Positions 61,439-64,000 of a DNA stretch of 64,000 nucleotides are shown in pieces (within the stretch, counting starts at the first letter, position 1; every line of letters begins with the position of its first letter). The notes under the pieces are model-generated. The model ran no database searches. It saw nothing but the letters and a program-made list of their open reading frames with translations, and was not told where the DNA came from. Position numbers and translations under genes: made by a program. This DNA is from Cycas panzhihuaensis. Taxonomy: Eukaryota > Plantae > Cycadophyta. The DNA lies in contig CM041465.1 of assembly GCA_023213395.1 (NCBI GenBank), positions 222,649,741 through 222,713,740 of the forward strand, written 5' to 3'.

Positions 61439-64000
61439 TGTTGAAGTAGTTGCAACCTGACTAATGTAATCATTCACATGTAAAACCAGTCTTTGAAAGA
61501 GGAACAGTTGCAACCAACTTAGCTTGCAGTTACAAAGAATGAAGAATAAATATAGAGGCAATTTTGAGGCGTGTGTGTGTGTATAGTTGTTTTTGTTGCA
61601 GAGAGCAATGTGCCTATATATATTGTACTTGTTGTGTATTATCCTAGATGCTGCGTACTACTTTGGATTGCCTCTAGTTGTGAGAGAAGTAGAAGCAACC
61701 CATCATAATGCAATGATTATGATTTTTGCTTCATGAACTTATTGTATTCCTAATGGTTCTGGTTGAATTGTATTAAGATATTATTGCCTCTTGTGCCTAC
61801 TTATGCAGGTTGATAGGTAGAAGCACACATTAGTTCCATTGTCATTTTGAACCATGGTTGATTAGAATAGGCAAGACTGAGTAAAAACATTGGATCCTCT
61901 TCTATGCTACCCATAATAGAAGGTGAATCACGTTGCGATCGAGGGGAACGTTGGGAAAGAGAGAGACTTCAAACTGGAATAGGTAGGCCCAAATTTACAA
62001 CCACACCAAGAAAGCAGGTGAAGAGGTGGTCATCTACACAGTTGACGGAGAGGAGAAGGTCGAGAAATAAGGACGAGGTGAAGGAACAAAAGCTAGGAGT
62101 AATCGAGACACTGGCAAAAGATAGAAATAATCATAGGTGTTAATTAGAAGAGGATCTCATAAAAGAAGAATCAGTGCAAGTAATGTGTGTCGAAAGAAAT
62201 AGCCAGCAAGATCCTACGAAAAAAGAAAATCTGCAGAAGGACGAAACACTAACGCCGAAAGAAAATTCTATTGAATTGGGAATATATAGTATAACCGAAC
62301 AAGTTTTTTATCACCACCTGTTGGAGATTTGAACAGTCACATAATAAATCCTCTTTATAATCTATCAATGGCAAGCCCAAATAGCAATATGGGAGGTGCA
62401 ATGGGTAGTAATACACGTCCGGTAGGAGGATAAAGAAGTGTATTAGGTAGAGGAAATCAAGTAGGCACCACCCCCTATATCATTATGCAAAGTGACTCAA
62501 TGTTCTCAAGCCTCCAATTTGATGGATCCATGGATCCAAGTGATCATTTGATGTTATTCAAAAATATGATCCAGATTAAAAGAATTATGGATGAAGGAGA
62601 AATAAAAGCCCCTTTTTTTCGACGTTGAAAGAACCAGTCATTGTACGGTTTTAATATGTAGTAGCACAATAATTGAATTGGGAGCAATTACAAGAGCAAT
62701 TTTTAAACAGATTCCAAAATTTGAGAGATCCAATAGCCATTCTACAGGCTTTGGAGGAGATCCAACAATATGTTGGAGAATCTATTAATGATTTTGATGA
62801 ACAAATAAGAGTCGTTATGAATAAAATGTAATCTGTGATGATAATCAATTCCATATTGGTGATGAAATATTCTGTGCAAGCATTGATACCACAACTTAGA
62901 GATAAGGTTGTGCTACCATCTAATGAGTAACTATGAACAAGTAAGTGAGTTAGCTCTTAAATTTGAAAATTAGATAAAGTTAGCTTACTCCTAAATGACA
63001 ACATAATCATCAATGTATTTTTCGATAATGAGCATCATAACACAGTCTATGCAAACACCACAAATGGGCACCAATCCAAAAATCGAAGCCTTGAGGAAGG
63101 AGGTGGAAGCATTAAAGCAGCAACCACTTATTTTTATCCTATTCAACATATAAAAAAATCAGGAGTTACAGAAGCTACGTGTAGAATTATCCCGTTTATG
63201 ATTTAAAAAATCAAAGAAAAATATTTGGTATCTCCCACCTTGCAATTAGCAAGGGCACCTGAAGAATTAGCATGGAGGATTAACGAAATTGTGCAATAAT
63301 TGTCAAAGAAATAATCACAATACATGGGAATATTATTTTAAACCCAAAAGCAACAAAGAAAAAGTTCATAACGTTTATTCTGAAATAACAGAACATGGAA
63401 CACCAAAGCAATACAAAGAAAAAATAAGACCAATTCGTTGTTTCTTATGTCAGAGATGGGGATATTATAAATCTGAGTGTATACTAGAGAAAAAAGGAGG
63501 AGAATTTATTTGTGAAAAATGTAGACTAGCAGATCACGAATGGGCAAACTGCCCAAAGAATAATAAAATTCAAAATGAAATTTAGTAGACGTGGTTTTGG
63601 ACCCAAAAAAGTCAGTGTATTTACAAACGTGTAGTGACAGGACAATGGGACCTCCTCCCTAAGGTAATTTTCCAGATCCAATAGTAAAAATCCTTCAAAG
63701 AGTGGTAAAAATCCTTCAAGAAGCCATCAGGGAATCACAACAAGAAGAATTCCAATAAAAAAGATTCAAAGGCTTATATTATAAGCGGAGAGTGGCACAA
63801 CCACAACGAATATAAGAAAGTATGAATCCTTAGCAAGGATTACAAACTGTAAAAGATGTACTTACTGAATTAGGAGTATCAATTCTTATATCAATTATGT
63901 TTAAATTGTGGGAAGCAGATTACTTCCAACAATTAGTACTAGAACAAATTGAAAAACAAGTACTTAGGGCTATAAAGGATGCAAGAGTAGGCCCCAAAGT
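61439..64000 (+). mobile_element. 5' part of an LTR retrotransposon (putative LTR 61439-61889) with multi-zinc-knuckle gag
   Basis: TGTTG...AAAACA followed by TTGG; gag-like FDGSMDPSDHL, WEQLQEQFL, Q..GESINDFD; knuckles CNNCQRNNH, CFLCQRWGYYKSEC, CEKCRLADHEWANC. Runs off the window end. Confidence 0.7.

Overview
This window is plant repeat DNA. I found no host protein-coding gene; it is almost entirely nested, decayed retrotransposons carrying heavy C>T/G>A (methylation-deamination) damage. Element types and decay pattern suggest a large gymnosperm-like genome (inference). (1) Two head-to-tail Ty3/gypsy chromovirus copies (A1, A2) share a central LTR. (2) A2 gag is split by a ~3 kb solo LTR (C). 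A ~18 kb Tat-type gypsy (B, 8011-25993, TSD GGTGG) inserted into C, and B gag carries another solo LTR (D, TSD TCGCC). (3) A decayed L1-type LINE contains a young tRNA-derived SINE with a 13-bp TSD. (4) Tandem, internally deleted Tat-type LTR units (family E) follow. (5) A minus-strand chromovirus (F) is interrupted by a full Ty1/copia (G, TSD ATATT) and by a gag-only LTR element (H) flanked by a ~200-bp duplication. (6) The window ends in the 5' part of an LTR element with a multi-zinc-knuckle gag. The most interesting feature is an accessory cassette in the 3' region of B: an antisense, TATA-containing, 3-exon gene for a ~600-aa plant-mobile-domain (PMD) plus coiled-coil protein, back to back with a free-standing archaeal-type RNase H ORF. 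They are separated by a CpG-retaining region, and intron 1 holds a perfect 30-bp palindrome that recurs in the U3 of related LTRs. All coordinates were read by eye; boundaries without a TSD are approximate.
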